From Pseudomonadota bacterium (GTDB lineage Bacteria > Pseudomonadota > Gammaproteobacteria > Pseudomonadales > Halieaceae): a stretch of DNA of 54,553 nucleotides. The stretch spans positions 1 to 54,553 of the forward strand of contig JADFVW010000239.1 of the NCBI GenBank assembly GCA_015222725.1, read 5' to 3'. The first letter of the stretch is position 1; each line of letters begins with the position of its first letter. The translations under genes and the position numbers were made by a program. The notes beneath the pieces are model-generated. The model saw only the letters and a list, made by a program, of their open reading frames with translations, was not told the origin of the DNA and made no database searches. Of this stretch, positions 26,657 through 36,221 are shown one piece after another.

Positions 26657-26684
26657 AAAAGCCAGCAGATATCGGAAACTTTTC

Positions 26685-29387
26685 GTGAGTACGCCATGGT
26701 ATAGCCTGTCCAGTGAGGATGTCGTTAAAGCATTGGATACCAGCGCCCTGGGGCTGAACGACAAAGAGGCCGGCGCCCGTCTTGAAAAATATGGGCTCAA
26801 CGAGATTCAATTCAAGAAGACCCCAGCCTGGGTGCGATTTCTTCGCCAGTTCAATGACCCCATGATTATCATTCTACTTATCACTGCGATAGTCACTGGG
26901 ACTCTCACCATTCTTGGCAGTCACATGCTGCCAGATACCATCGTCATTATGGGTGTTGTCATTCTCAACGCCGTCCTGGGTTTCATGCAGGAAGGTAAAG
27001 CCGAGGGAGCCCTTGAAGCACTGCGCGATATGATGGTGCACGAGTGCCTGGTGGTTCGCCAGGGAAGTCAGCGACGCATTGCCGCACGTGAACTGGTGCC
27101 GGGTGATATTGTCTCCCTGGAGGGCGGGGATAAAATTCCAGCGGATGTGCGCTTCATCGAGGCCAACAATGCCCACGTGGATGAATCTTCACTCACGGGG
27201 GAATCGATTCCAGTACGGAAAAAAGTGCAGGCCCTGGCGGGGTCAGACAGAGTGCCGGGTGACCAGACCAATATGGGATTTTCCGGCACCTACCTGACTC
27301 AGGGTGCGGCCCAGGCGGTGGTTGTGGAGACAGGTAGAAACACCGTCTTTGGCCGCATCGCCGACATGGTTAAATCAGCCGACACCGTTATGACGCCCCT
27401 GCAGCAAAAAATGCGTGAATTTGTGCGCACGCTGATCATCGCCATTCTTATCGTGGGCGCCTTCAATTTTAGCTACGGGCTGTACCTGGGCTACGAGATT
27501 GCCTACAGCTTTCTGGGCGCTGTCTCCCTGGTGGTGGCCGCCATTCCGGAAATGCTGCCGGCCATGGTGACTTCCATTCTCGCCCTCTCCGGTGTCGTTA
27601 TGGCAGGTAGAAACGCCCTGGTGCGAAAATTGCCCGCCGCGGAAACCCTGGGGGCGACCTCGGTTATTTGCTCAGACAAAACAGGCACCCTGACAGAGAA
27701 CCGCATGACGGTGACCAGGCTATTTTCCGGCGGTGATGTTATTGCGGTCAGCGGCGTCGGCTACGCGGTCGAAGGCACTTTTGAAGTCGACGGCAGCCCA
27801 CTATCAATAGACTGCCACCCGGCCTTGATGCAGCTTCTCGAAGTTGGCTTTCACTGTAACAACGCCCATTTGAGCATAGATGATGGCAGTCACACGGGCG
27901 ACCCCACCGAGATAGCCCTGCGGGTGTCCGGGGCAAAAGGCGGCCTGTTAATTGACGGTGTGCACAGAATTGAAGAAATACCGTTCGACTCCTCGGTAAA
28001 GTACATGGCAGTGCTTGTCGATATAGGTGAGCAGCGATTTATTTTTGCCAAGGGAGCACCGGAAGTTGTGGTGGGTATGTGTTCCACCGCGCTGGATGCC
28101 CAGGCCAATCCATGCCACTTTGACAAAGAAGCCACCCTGCATACCGCCGGTGAATTTGCCAGCGCCGCCCTGCGAACAATGGGCTTCGCCCTCAAGCTGG
28201 TGTCGTCCAGCCACGACGATTTACGTCACGACGACCTCAGCGACATGAATTTTGCGGGCCTGCAGGGAATGATAGATCCTCCCAAAGAGTCTGCTATTGA
28301 GGCTGTTGGCCTGTGCAGCAGTGCAGGTATACGCACGGTGATGATCACCGGCGACCACCCAGGCACTGCCCAGGCAGTAGCGAAGCAACTGGGTATTAGC
28401 GCCAAAAGCGTGGTTACCGGCGCAGAGTTGTCCCACATGGGCGATGTTGAGCTTCGCCGTGTGGTCGAAGATGTTTCAGTGTTCGCCAGGGTTGCCCCGG
28501 AGCACAAGAAAGCCATCGCCGAGGCTCTTCAGTACAACGGCCATGTCGTTGCCATGACCGGCGACGGAGTAAATGACGCTCCCGCCCTGAAAGCAGCCGA
28601 CATAGGCATCGCCATGGGCATTGGTGGTACCGAGGTCGCCAAAGAAGCCGCCGACATGGTATTGGCAGACGACAATTTCGCCACCATTGTCGCTGCGGTA
28701 GAGGAAGGCCGCCACGCCTGGAATAATCTGCAAAAAGCCATTCTCTATACCTTGCCCACTAACGCGGCCCAGGCGCTGCTTATTATGGGTGCTACGCTCC
28801 TTGCCGCTTTTGTGCCCCTGTTCGCCGTGCGCTTTGTATTGGAACCGGTACAGATTCTGTGGATAAACCTGCTGGATTCGGTGTTGCTGACCATGCCTCT
28901 TATGATGGAGGCGAAAGAGAAAGGCCTGCTGTCTTCGCCGCCGCGGGAGGCCAGGGCCCGCATCATCACCCCCCTGTTTTTACAGCGAGTGGTGGTGATG
29001 GGGCTGGCCATCGCCGTCCCGGGATTCCTGATCTTCTACCACTTCGGCGCGCCTGCCGTGGTCGATGGGGTGATCGTAAACGAGTTGTTGCTAACCCAGG
29101 CGCAAACCGCTGCTTTCTGGGCCATTCTACTGGCCCATTTTGGCTATGTTATCTCCGCTCGATCTATCTACCAATCGGTGTTCAGCTTCAGTTTCTTTGG
29201 CAATAAATGGCTGCTGTGGGGAATGGCAATCAGCCTCGCTATTCGTTTTATTCCCACCGTGTGGCCAGCTGCGGCGACACTGTTTCGCACCGCCCCCTTC
29301 CCCTTGGAATGGTGGCCCCTGATTCTGCTGTGCTTCGCGCCCAGTTTAATTGCTATCGAAGTCGATAAGGCGATTCGTCGGCACTAA
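26685..29387 (+). CDS. Cation-transporting P-type ATPase (P2-like, substrate unknown)
   Basis: Motifs TGES, IPEMLPA (TM4), CSDKTGTLTENRM (phospho-Asp), MITGDH and TGDGVNDAPALKAADIGIAMG are present. The GTG at 26685 is preferred because homologues begin a few residues before W-Y/H...; the ATG at 26616 would overlap the upstream gene by 41 nt. Confidence 0.9.
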   Translation: MSTPWYSLSSEDVVKALDTSALGLNDKEAGARLEKYGLNEIQFKKTPAWVRFLRQFNDPMIIILLITAIVTGTLTILGSHMLPDTIVIMGVVILNAVLGFMQEGKAEGALEALRDMMVHECLVVRQGSQRRIAARELVPGDIVSLEGGDKIPADVRFIEANNAHVDESSLTGESIPVRKKVQALAGSDRVPGDQTNMGFSGTYLTQGAAQAVVVETGRNTVFGRIADMVKSADTVMTPLQQKMREFVRTLIIAILIVGAFNFSYGLYLGYEIAYSFLGAVSLVVAAIPEMLPAMVTSILALSGVVMAGRNALVRKLPAAETLGATSVICSDKTGTLTENRMTVTRLFSGGDVIAVSGVGYAVEGTFEVDGSPLSIDCHPALMQLLEVGFHCNNAHLSIDDGSHTGDPTEIALRVSGAKGGLLIDGVHRIEEIPFDSSVKYMAVLVDIGEQRFIFAKGAPEVVVGMCSTALDAQANPCHFDKEATLHTAGEFASAALRTMGFALKLVSSSHDDLRHDDLSDMNFAGLQGMIDPPKESAIEAVGLCSSAGIRTVMITGDHPGTAQAVAKQLGISAKSVVTGAELSHMGDVELRRVVEDVSVFARVAPEHKKAIAEALQYNGHVVAMTGDGVNDAPALKAADIGIAMGIGGTEVAKEAADMVLADDNFATIVAAVEEGRHAWNNLQKAILYTLPTNAAQALLIMGATLLAAFVPLFAVRFVLEPVQILWINLLDSVLLTMPLMMEAKEKGLLSSPPREARARIITPLFLQRVVVMGLAIAVPGFLIFYHFGAPAVVDGVIVNELLLTQAQTAAFWAILLAHFGYVISARSIYQSVFSFSFFGNKWLLWGMAISLAIRFIPTVWPAAATLFRTAPFPLEWWPLILLCFAPSLIAIEVDKAIRRH

Positions 29388-29414
29388 TTAGTCTGCGTAT
29401 GGGGCATAAGTCCC

Positions 29415-29488
29415 GCAATCCGATAGCTGTGGACCTACTCTTGGTTGGAACCCCACGCCCTTGAGCAGGTCCACAGCTATCGGATTGC
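29415..29488. repeat. Perfect 22-bp inverted repeat (GCAATCCGATAGCTGTGGACCT / AGGTCCACAGCTATCGGATTGC), with arms separated by 30 nt
   Basis: Both arms were read base by base at 29415-29436 and 29467-29488. After one mismatch the stem extends inward by 3 more bp, leaving a 22-nt loop. The flanks show weaker extended complementarity. It lies between convergent genes and has no U-tract on either strand. Confidence 0.8.
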
Positions 29489-29531
29489 TACTTGTGAGGC
29501 ATTCTCAGGCGTATTGATTACTCCGGCCAAC

Positions 29532-31673
29532 TTAGCCCCGCGTCCAGCGATGGTATTTCTCCACCCAGTTCAATAGCTTTTCCGGTTTGTGCGCCTTGCG
29601 CCACTCACCGGCGAGGAATTTATTACTCTCGCTGAGGGTTGGATAAATATGTATGGTCGCCAGGATTTTGTTCAGGCCTATGCCGTGTTTCATCGCCATA
29701 ACATACTCGGTGATAAGCTCGGCGGCGTGGTAGGCAACAATGGTGGCGCCCAGTATACGATCACTGCCGGGCGCGGTGAGCACTTTAATAAAACCGTGAG
29801 CCTCACCGTCTGCGATGGCCCGGTCCAGGTCGTCGATGTCATATCGGCTCACTTCAAAGGCAATGCCTTTTTCCAGCGCCTCGGTTTCATTCAGGCCAAC
29901 CCGGGCCACTTCGGGGTCGGTAAAGGTAGCCCAGGGCACCACAGAATAATCGACCTTGAATTTCCTGAAGCGCCCAAACAGAGCGTTTACCGCGGCATAC
30001 CAGGCCTGGTGACCGGCCATGTGGGTGAACATATAGGGGCCTACAATATCGCCGCAGGCATAAATAGTGGGCACAGCCGTTCTTAGGTGATCGTCAACCT
30101 CAATGGTACCGTTGGAATTCGTGGCAATACCCAGCACATCCAGGCCCAAACCTTCGGTATTGGCCGTGCGACCGACAGACAGTAACACTCTGTCAAACAC
30201 CAGCTCCCGCTGTCCCGCCGGTGTTTCGAAAACACAGTGTTGTTCCTGGCCGACCGTCTCAAAGCGCTTCGCCTCATACTGGCAGTGGCAGTCGATGCCC
30301 TCTCGCTCGAAAGCCGCCAGCACGGTGGCCGATACCTCGGAATCCTCGCGCGGAAGAATACGCTTGGCATGGCTGACCAGCGTGACCTTTGTTCCCAGGC
30401 GCGAAAACGCCTGGGCCAACTCGCAACCGATGGGTCCCGCCCCGATAATCAGCAGCCGGCCGGGAGCCTCGCGAATATCCCACAGTGTATCCGAGGTCAG
30501 GTAACCCAGGTCTTCAAGGCCGGGGATATCCGGCACACGGGCCCGGGCACCGCTGGCAATAACGATATTGCGCGCGCTAATCCGTTTACCGTCTACCTCC
30601 ACTTCCCAGGGAGATATTATGGTGGCATTACCGGCAACACAGTCCACCCCCAATTCGGTGAAGCGCTCTACCGAGTCATGGGGTTCAATTGCCTTGATAA
30701 CCGATTGCACCCGCTCCATCACCTGGGAGAAATTGACCGTTACCGGCACTTCCTCGAGGCCGAACTCATTGGCGCGGCGCATATACTGGGCAATATGACT
30801 GGAGCGAATAATGGCCTTGCTGGGTACACAGCCCGTGTTCAGGCAGTCACCCCCCATTTTGTGTCTTTCAATCAGCGTCACTTTCGCCTTCACCGTCGCG
30901 GCAATCAGCGCCGTCACCAGGCCGGCTGACCCGGCGCCTATGACGATCATATTGGTATCAAATTTGGCCGGCCGCTTGAACGCAGCCAAACGCCGGCGCG
31001 TTTGCAGTGCTCCCAGGGCGAACTTTGCGATAAACGGAAAGATCGCCAGCAGTGCGAAAGACAGCCACAGGGCTGGCGATACGATTCCCGACAGGCCATC
31101 CAGCTCCCCCAGCCGGGTTCCCGCGTTCACAAATATAGCGGTGGCCGGGAACATGCCCAGTTGTGACACCCAATAGAAACGGCGCGCCGGGATGGGCAGC
31201 AGGCCCATCACCAGGTTGATTACAAAGAAGGGAACAATGGGAACCAGTCGCAGGGAAAAAAGATAAAAGGCCCCGTCTCGCGCAAAGCCCTTATTAACAG
31301 CGCCAAGGTGCCTGGAAAACTTCGCCTGCACCCAGTCGCGCAGCAGGGTACGCGAAACAAGAAAAGCCAGGGTTGCACCTATACTGCTGGCAAATGACAC
31401 CAGCAGCAAACCATACCAAAAACCAAACAGCGCACCGGCAGCCAGTGTCAGCCACACCGCCCCCGGCACCGACAGCGCGGTTGCAACAATGTAAAAGGTG
31501 AAATAAATAAGCCCCGTCAGCAGGGGGTTTTCAGCATACCAGCTTCGTAACTCGCCTATATTTTGCTGTATGGACTCAAGTTGCAGGAAGCTGCCCAGGT
31601 CGAAAAAAAACCACGCGGAAATGGCCACCACAAACAGCGTTGCAATGGCAATTTTCTTTTTGTGCATGGCCAA
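29532..31673 (-). CDS. Fusion protein: N-terminal DedA/TVP38 (VTT) membrane domain plus C-terminal class I pyridine nucleotide-disulfide oxidoreductase
   Basis: The first ~230 aa contain several hydrophobic helices with a VTT-like stretch. Then come FAD-binding VIGAGSAGL, the redox-active disulfide GGDCLNTGCVPSK, NAD-binding IIGAGPIGCE and a dimerisation domain. There is no HMA domain and no C-terminal Cys pair, so it is not MerA. Confidence 0.8.
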   Translation of the reverse strand: MAMHKKKIAIATLFVVAISAWFFFDLGSFLQLESIQQNIGELRSWYAENPLLTGLIYFTFYIVATALSVPGAVWLTLAAGALFGFWYGLLLVSFASSIGATLAFLVSRTLLRDWVQAKFSRHLGAVNKGFARDGAFYLFSLRLVPIVPFFVINLVMGLLPIPARRFYWVSQLGMFPATAIFVNAGTRLGELDGLSGIVSPALWLSFALLAIFPFIAKFALGALQTRRRLAAFKRPAKFDTNMIVIGAGSAGLVTALIAATVKAKVTLIERHKMGGDCLNTGCVPSKAIIRSSHIAQYMRRANEFGLEEVPVTVNFSQVMERVQSVIKAIEPHDSVERFTELGVDCVAGNATIISPWEVEVDGKRISARNIVIASGARARVPDIPGLEDLGYLTSDTLWDIREAPGRLLIIGAGPIGCELAQAFSRLGTKVTLVSHAKRILPREDSEVSATVLAAFEREGIDCHCQYEAKRFETVGQEQHCVFETPAGQRELVFDRVLLSVGRTANTEGLGLDVLGIATNSNGTIEVDDHLRTAVPTIYACGDIVGPYMFTHMAGHQAWYAAVNALFGRFRKFKVDYSVVPWATFTDPEVARVGLNETEALEKGIAFEVSRYDIDDLDRAIADGEAHGFIKVLTAPGSDRILGATIVAYHAAELITEYVMAMKHGIGLNKILATIHIYPTLSESNKFLAGEWRKAHKPEKLLNWVEKYHRWTRG

Positions 31674-31896
31674 CCTCCAGGTTTATTGCTTCGCGCTAAC
31701 ATCTGCTCACTAGAGAGACCCCGGGATTGTGCCGAGGTTCCCCCCAATATAGCAACCGGAACTATTTGCATAATAAAATATTCTAGCGCTTTGCCGGTAT
31801 GCGCGGTTGTATGACAGGGCAACAATGGTAGTATTGGCAGGGTCTGGTGGTGATATCCATCGCCGCGGAAAACCTTAAGCATTTCTGGAGAAAACA

Positions 31897-32223
31897 ATGA
31901 ACGAAAAAATCGTACACGTCAGCGATTCTACATTTGACGAAGAAGTACTCAGTTCTGATATTCCCGTGCTGGTCGACTTTTGGGCCGAGTGGTGTGGCCC
32001 CTGCAAAATGATAGCGCCGGTATTGGACGAACTTGCCGATGAGTACGAGGGCAAGCTAAAAATTTGCAAAGTAGATGTAGATTCCAACCCGGGCATACCG
32101 CCCAAATTCGGAATTCGTGGCATTCCCACACTAATCGTATTCAAGGGCGGCAATGTCGAGGCCACCAAAGTGGGCGCACTGTCAAAATCCCAGCTGTCTG
32201 AATTTGTTCGCGAAGTGCTCTGA
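31897..32223 (+). CDS. trxA: Thioredoxin 1
   Basis: It is 108 aa with the active site WAEWCGPCK, upstream of rho as in E. coli. Confidence 0.95.
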   Translation: MNEKIVHVSDSTFDEEVLSSDIPVLVDFWAEWCGPCKMIAPVLDELADEYEGKLKICKVDVDSNPGIPPKFGIRGIPTLIVFKGGNVEATKVGALSKSQLSEFVREVL

Positions 32224-32231
32224 CCCAAGAC

Positions 32232-32253
32232 GCGCCTGGTAACCACCAGGCGC
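32232..32253 (+). terminator. Stem-loop just after trxA (GCGCCTGGT-aacc-ACCAGGCGC)
   Basis: A 9-bp perfect GC-rich stem starts 9 nt after the trxA stop. No immediate U-tract follows (tgttcacc...), so it is only a partial or weak terminator, or a stabiliser. Confidence 0.35.
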
Positions 32254-32518
32254 TGTTCACCAACCCATATCCGCTTTTTATTGAAAAATAAGCTATAGAC
32301 GACACTCTCATAGCGTGCTACCTTTCGACCACTTGCACATTCCTGTGCAGAAATAATAACTCTAGCACTCACGAAACACTGCCCTATATTTATTGGCACA
32401 CTAATTGGTAAACAAATAGCTAACACAATCTGGCGAGATTTCGCTGCGCCAACATAGGCATTGTCTCAACTAAACTCACCCTTGCACGACCTCCCATAAC
32501 TACATTCCAGAACCCACT
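32254..32518 (+). promoter_or_regulatory. Long rho leader with a C-rich/G-poor 3' part (candidate Rho autoregulatory attenuator)
   Basis: This is an untranslated region of about 265 nt. The last ~60 nt (ctcaactaaactcacccttgcacgacctcccataactacattccagaacccact) are strikingly C-rich and G-poor, like rut sites. Rho autoregulation by leader attenuation is established in E. coli. Confidence 0.4.
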
Positions 32519-33787
32519 ATGAATCTAACTGATCTGAAAACCAAATCCACCCAGGAACTCATTGATATCGCCAAGGAAATGCGCCTGGACAATATGGGAC
32601 GCGCCCGTAAGCAGGATATTATCTTCGCGATACTTAAACGTCACGCCAAGAGCGGCGAAGATATATACGGCGACGGTGTACTGGAAATATTGCAAGATGG
32701 CTTTGGCTTTCTGCGCTCCTCCGACAGCTCCTATTTGGCCGGGCCAGATGATATCTACGTTTCCCCCAGTCAGATCCGCCGCTTTAACCTGCGCACCGGC
32801 GACTCGATCTCTGGAAAGATTCGACCACCCAAGGACAGCGAGCGCTACTTTGCCCTACTGAAAGTTGGCGAGGTTAACTTCGACAAGCCCGAAAACTCCA
32901 AGAACAAGATATTATTTGAAAACCTGACGCCCCTGTTTCCGGATCAGCGACTCACGCTGGAAGTTGGCAACGGCAGCACCGAAGATTTAACCGGCCGGGT
33001 TGTAGACCTGATATCCCCCATTGGAAAAGGCCAGCGCGGCCTGCTGGTGGCACCGCCCAAGGCGGGTAAAACCATCATGATGCAGAGCATTGCCCAGGCG
33101 GTGATTACCAATAATCCGGAATGCGACATTATTGTATTGCTTATCGACGAGCGCCCGGAAGAAGTGACAGAGATGCAGCGTTCTGTGGGCGCACGGGGCG
33201 CTGAAGTTGTCGCCTCTACCTTCGATGAACCACCTTCACGCCACGTACAAGTGGCCGAAATGGTTATCGAGAAAGCCAAGCGTCTGGTCGAACACAAGCG
33301 CGATGTCATCATTTTGCTGGATTCAATTACCCGTCTGGCCCGGGCCTATAACACGGTTATTCCTAGCTCCGGCAAGGTACTGACCGGTGGTGTAGACGCC
33401 CATGCACTGGAGCGACCCAAGCGCTTCTTCGGTGCTGCACGAAATATTGAGGAGGGCGGCAGTCTGTCTATTATCGCCACTGCCATGATCGACACCGGGT
33501 CCAAAATGGACGAGGTTATCTACGAAGAGTTCAAGGGCACCGGCAACATGGAACTGCACCTGGACCGCAAGATTGCGGAAAAGCGCGTCTATCCAGCCAT
33601 TAACATCCGTCGCTCCGGTACTCGCCGCGAAGACCTGCTGACGGGCGAGGAAGAACTGCAGCGCATGTGGATTTTGCGTAAGTTGCTACACGGCATGGAA
33701 GATGTAGCCGCCATTGAATTTCTGCTGGGCAGGCTCAAAGACTCCAAGACTAACGACGAGTTCTTTATGTCGATGAAGCGCAAATAG
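32519..33787 (+). CDS. rho: Transcription termination factor Rho
   Basis: [21 protein letters not shown]..., the RNA-binding domain (GFGFLR), Walker A PPKAGKT and the Q and R loops are present. It is 422 aa. Confidence 0.97.
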   Translation: MNLTDLKTKSTQELIDIAKEMRLDNMGRARKQDIIFAILKRHAKSGEDIYGDGVLEILQDGFGFLRSSDSSYLAGPDDIYVSPSQIRRFNLRTGDSISGKIRPPKDSERYFALLKVGEVNFDKPENSKNKILFENLTPLFPDQRLTLEVGNGSTEDLTGRVVDLISPIGKGQRGLLVAPPKAGKTIMMQSIAQAVITNNPECDIIVLLIDERPEEVTEMQRSVGARGAEVVASTFDEPPSRHVQVAEMVIEKAKRLVEHKRDVIILLDSITRLARAYNTVIPSSGKVLTGGVDAHALERPKRFFGAARNIEEGGSLSIIATAMIDTGSKMDEVIYEEFKGTGNMELHLDRKIAEKRVYPAINIRRSGTRREDLLTGEEELQRMWILRKLLHGMEDVAAIEFLLGRLKDSKTNDEFFMSMKRK

Positions 33788-33788
33788 G

Positions 33789-35036
33789 CTAGTTCGCCAG
33801 GCGCCTGGACCGAGACACGGCTTTATCCGGCACAGGCAGCTCGGGTAAAGCAGATTCACGCAGCAACAGACCCTCGCGGAAATACGCCGCCGCCACTTTT
33901 TCTTCGCCCATAGCATACAGTAGCCTGCCCAGTTCAGCGCAGATCTCTGCACTTTGTTCGAGGCGGTAACCCGCTTCAAAATAATCGCGGGACTTGCCCC
34001 ACAGACTGTCCCGCGCAGACAAACGACCAAGACAAATGAAAAGCTGGACATCGCGGTCGTGTACCGCCAGCCAGCTCTCTGCCTGGGCAAGTTGCCGCGC
34101 GGGGCTTTTCCCTTCAAGCAGGCCATACAGGCGCACAAAGCCAGCATCCCAGTCCTTTTTGAGAAAGCGCAGTATCACTTTTTCTGCTGCCTCAAAGGCG
34201 CCGTTCTCGACGAGTAGTTTCACATAGGAGTAACCCATGTCCCGGTCTTTTCTAAGCTCAGAGGGAAGCTTTTGCCATTGGGCGTGCAGGTCTGCCACGG
34301 CGTTGTCGCCGGCGCTACTGCTTTCCAGAAGCTGCAAGTAGACCGTTCTTTCCAAATCAAGCAGTTTGTCCTCGGGCAGGATTTTATACTTCTTCATCTC
34401 GGGCAGCAGCTCTGCCAACTTCGCCCAGTCATTCAAGCCGAGATAAGCCTTGCGCATCAGGTCCAGCACATAGGGGTGCTTGCCAGCGTTGCGCCGTGCC
34501 CGCACCAGTGTCGCCAGCGCCTGCTCGTACTGCTCCGCATGCAATTTCATTTCTGCCTGGGTGAGTTCCACAGCGATGCCGGCCTGCGCTTCTGAATCCT
34601 CGGCGGCACCCAGGTATTCACGCATTTTGTCTACGTCATTCAGCCTGTAGCTGGCCCGCGCTGCGGTGAGATAATTCAGTAGCGGCGCGTCGTTGCCCTT
34701 TGCCCCGCGCAGCAACTGACGCCTGGATTTTACCCAGTTTCCCTCGATAAAACTGATAAGCCCCTGGGTTGTGAGGCGCGCCGCCTGCCGGGACTTTCGA
34801 TTCCCAAACCAGCTGACCAGGGAACTCTGGCCAGACAGCAGCTTGCGAATCAGGCGCAGGGATAGATAGACCAGGCCGGTGAACAGCAACAGCAGCAACA
34901 AGCCAACCCAAACACTGCTTTCCAGTGTGTAATTCCCGTAGGTAATCAAGACATAGCCCGGGTCGGTTTCAATCAGCGCCACAACGGCAACACCGGCCAA
35001 CAGGGCGATCAGGACAAGAACAAATATCTTGCGCAT
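33789..35036 (-). CDS. hemY: HemY-like TPR membrane protein (heme biosynthesis-associated)
   Basis: Two N-terminal TM helices are followed by TPR-like repeats. It sits after hemX in the hemCDXY order. Confidence 0.75.
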   Translation of the reverse strand: MRKIFVLVLIALLAGVAVVALIETDPGYVLITYGNYTLESSVWVGLLLLLLFTGLVYLSLRLIRKLLSGQSSLVSWFGNRKSRQAARLTTQGLISFIEGNWVKSRRQLLRGAKGNDAPLLNYLTAARASYRLNDVDKMREYLGAAEDSEAQAGIAVELTQAEMKLHAEQYEQALATLVRARRNAGKHPYVLDLMRKAYLGLNDWAKLAELLPEMKKYKILPEDKLLDLERTVYLQLLESSSAGDNAVADLHAQWQKLPSELRKDRDMGYSYVKLLVENGAFEAAEKVILRFLKKDWDAGFVRLYGLLEGKSPARQLAQAESWLAVHDRDVQLFICLGRLSARDSLWGKSRDYFEAGYRLEQSAEICAELGRLLYAMGEEKVAAAYFREGLLLRESALPELPVPDKAVSRSRRLAN

Positions 35037-35039
35037 AGC

Positions 35040-36221
35040 TTACTCACCGCCTCCGCGCTGCATACGGCGCTCTAGAGCGACATCCACCGCGGCCAGGGAC
35101 CGGGAAATATCCGGCATTACCACGGCGATATTCTTTTCCTTGAGTACAGATATTTCTTGCGCCAGGGCTTTTGCTGCCGCTTCATCTGCCTCAAAAAATT
35201 CCGCCACCCAGTGGCTTGCCCGGCTCAGGCTCTCCCGGAACAGCACCTGGTTGCCCGATAGCAAAGCCACCTGGGCCTGTTCCAGCAGCATGCGCAAATT
35301 CTGTCTCACCAGGCCCTCCCATTGGGGGTCCATCAGGGCCTCTATGGGTACATCCCGCCGCCTGATAATGACGTAGTCCGACAACTTGAGCAGTGCCTCT
35401 TCATAGCCCTGCTGTAATCGCGCCTGCCAATTCTCGGCAGGCGTTACCGGGGGCCGCTCCACATCCTCGGGCAGCTGAAAAATAACCAGTTTTCCCGCCT
35501 GCTCTATCAGCGCCGCCAGGTTCAGGTATATACCCTGAATATCTCTTTTGGGAACAGCCCTGACAGCCGCCAGATCGGCAGCTATTGCAGCGCGAACATC
35601 GTGCAGGTTCACGTCCTCCAACTCCACCAGAATACTGTCGGCACTGCGGAGCAGGGCTTTGGCCGCCACCACATCGTCCGCCATAATCAGGCGCTGGTTG
35701 GCCAGGCGTAGCAGATATTGTGCTTCGGCGAGCAACCAGTCCTGCCTGTCTGTGGCACCAAATCGCGCCAACTCCTCGCGCTGGGCCAGCAGTCTGTTCT
35801 CTATAGCCTGTAATTTTTCTGCCTGGCGAGTATCGGCTTCTACCCGACTGGAATTGGCTGCCTCTAGCTGTCTTTCCCACTGCGCACCAAGGTCTGCGAG
35901 GTCGGTATTCTCCTCCACCGCAATGGCCTCCAGCTCCGCGAGCCTGGCGTTCATTTGGGCCTCTTTACTCAGCAACTCCCTACCGCCCCAGACAACAGCT
36001 GCCGCAACACCCAGGACAAGCAGCAGCGCCAACCACGCCACGGCAGATGACCCTTTGCGCGGACTGTTTGCAGAGCCGGGAGCCGGCACGACCTTTTTCG
36101 CCGGTTGAGGTTTAGCGACCGGCTTTTCCGCCTGTTTTTCGCCGGGCGATTCGAGCGCTGGCTTTTCGACTGCCACGTCCTTCGCTGTATCGTTTTCTGT
36201 ACTGTCCTTGTTCTTGCTCAC
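35040..36221 (-). CDS. hemX: HemX-like membrane protein (annotated in databases as putative uroporphyrinogen-III C-methyltransferase)
   Basis: A Pro/Lys/Ala-rich N-terminus and a single TM (AVAWLALLLVLGVAAAVVW) are followed by a long coiled coil and a C-terminal HemX domain. The GTG start overlaps the hemD stop by 1 nt. Confidence 0.75.
   Translation of the reverse strand: MSKNKDSTENDTAKDVAVEKPALESPGEKQAEKPVAKPQPAKKVVPAPGSANSPRKGSSAVAWLALLLVLGVAAAVVWGGRELLSKEAQMNARLAELEAIAVEENTDLADLGAQWERQLEAANSSRVEADTRQAEKLQAIENRLLAQREELARFGATDRQDWLLAEAQYLLRLANQRLIMADDVVAAKALLRSADSILVELEDVNLHDVRAAIAADLAAVRAVPKRDIQGIYLNLAALIEQAGKLVIFQLPEDVERPPVTPAENWQARLQQGYEEALLKLSDYVIIRRRDVPIEALMDPQWEGLVRQNLRMLLEQAQVALLSGNQVLFRESLSRASHWVAEFFEADEAAAKALAQEISVLKEKNIAVVMPDISRSLAAVDVALERRMQRGGGE

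Noticed and set aside
29415-29488. The 22-bp inverted repeat as an integron attC site, a dif site or a bidirectional intrinsic terminator
   Set aside because: There are no GTTRRRY/RYYYAAC core sites at the ends. It bears no resemblance to the XerCD dif consensus. No U-tract follows the stem on either strand.
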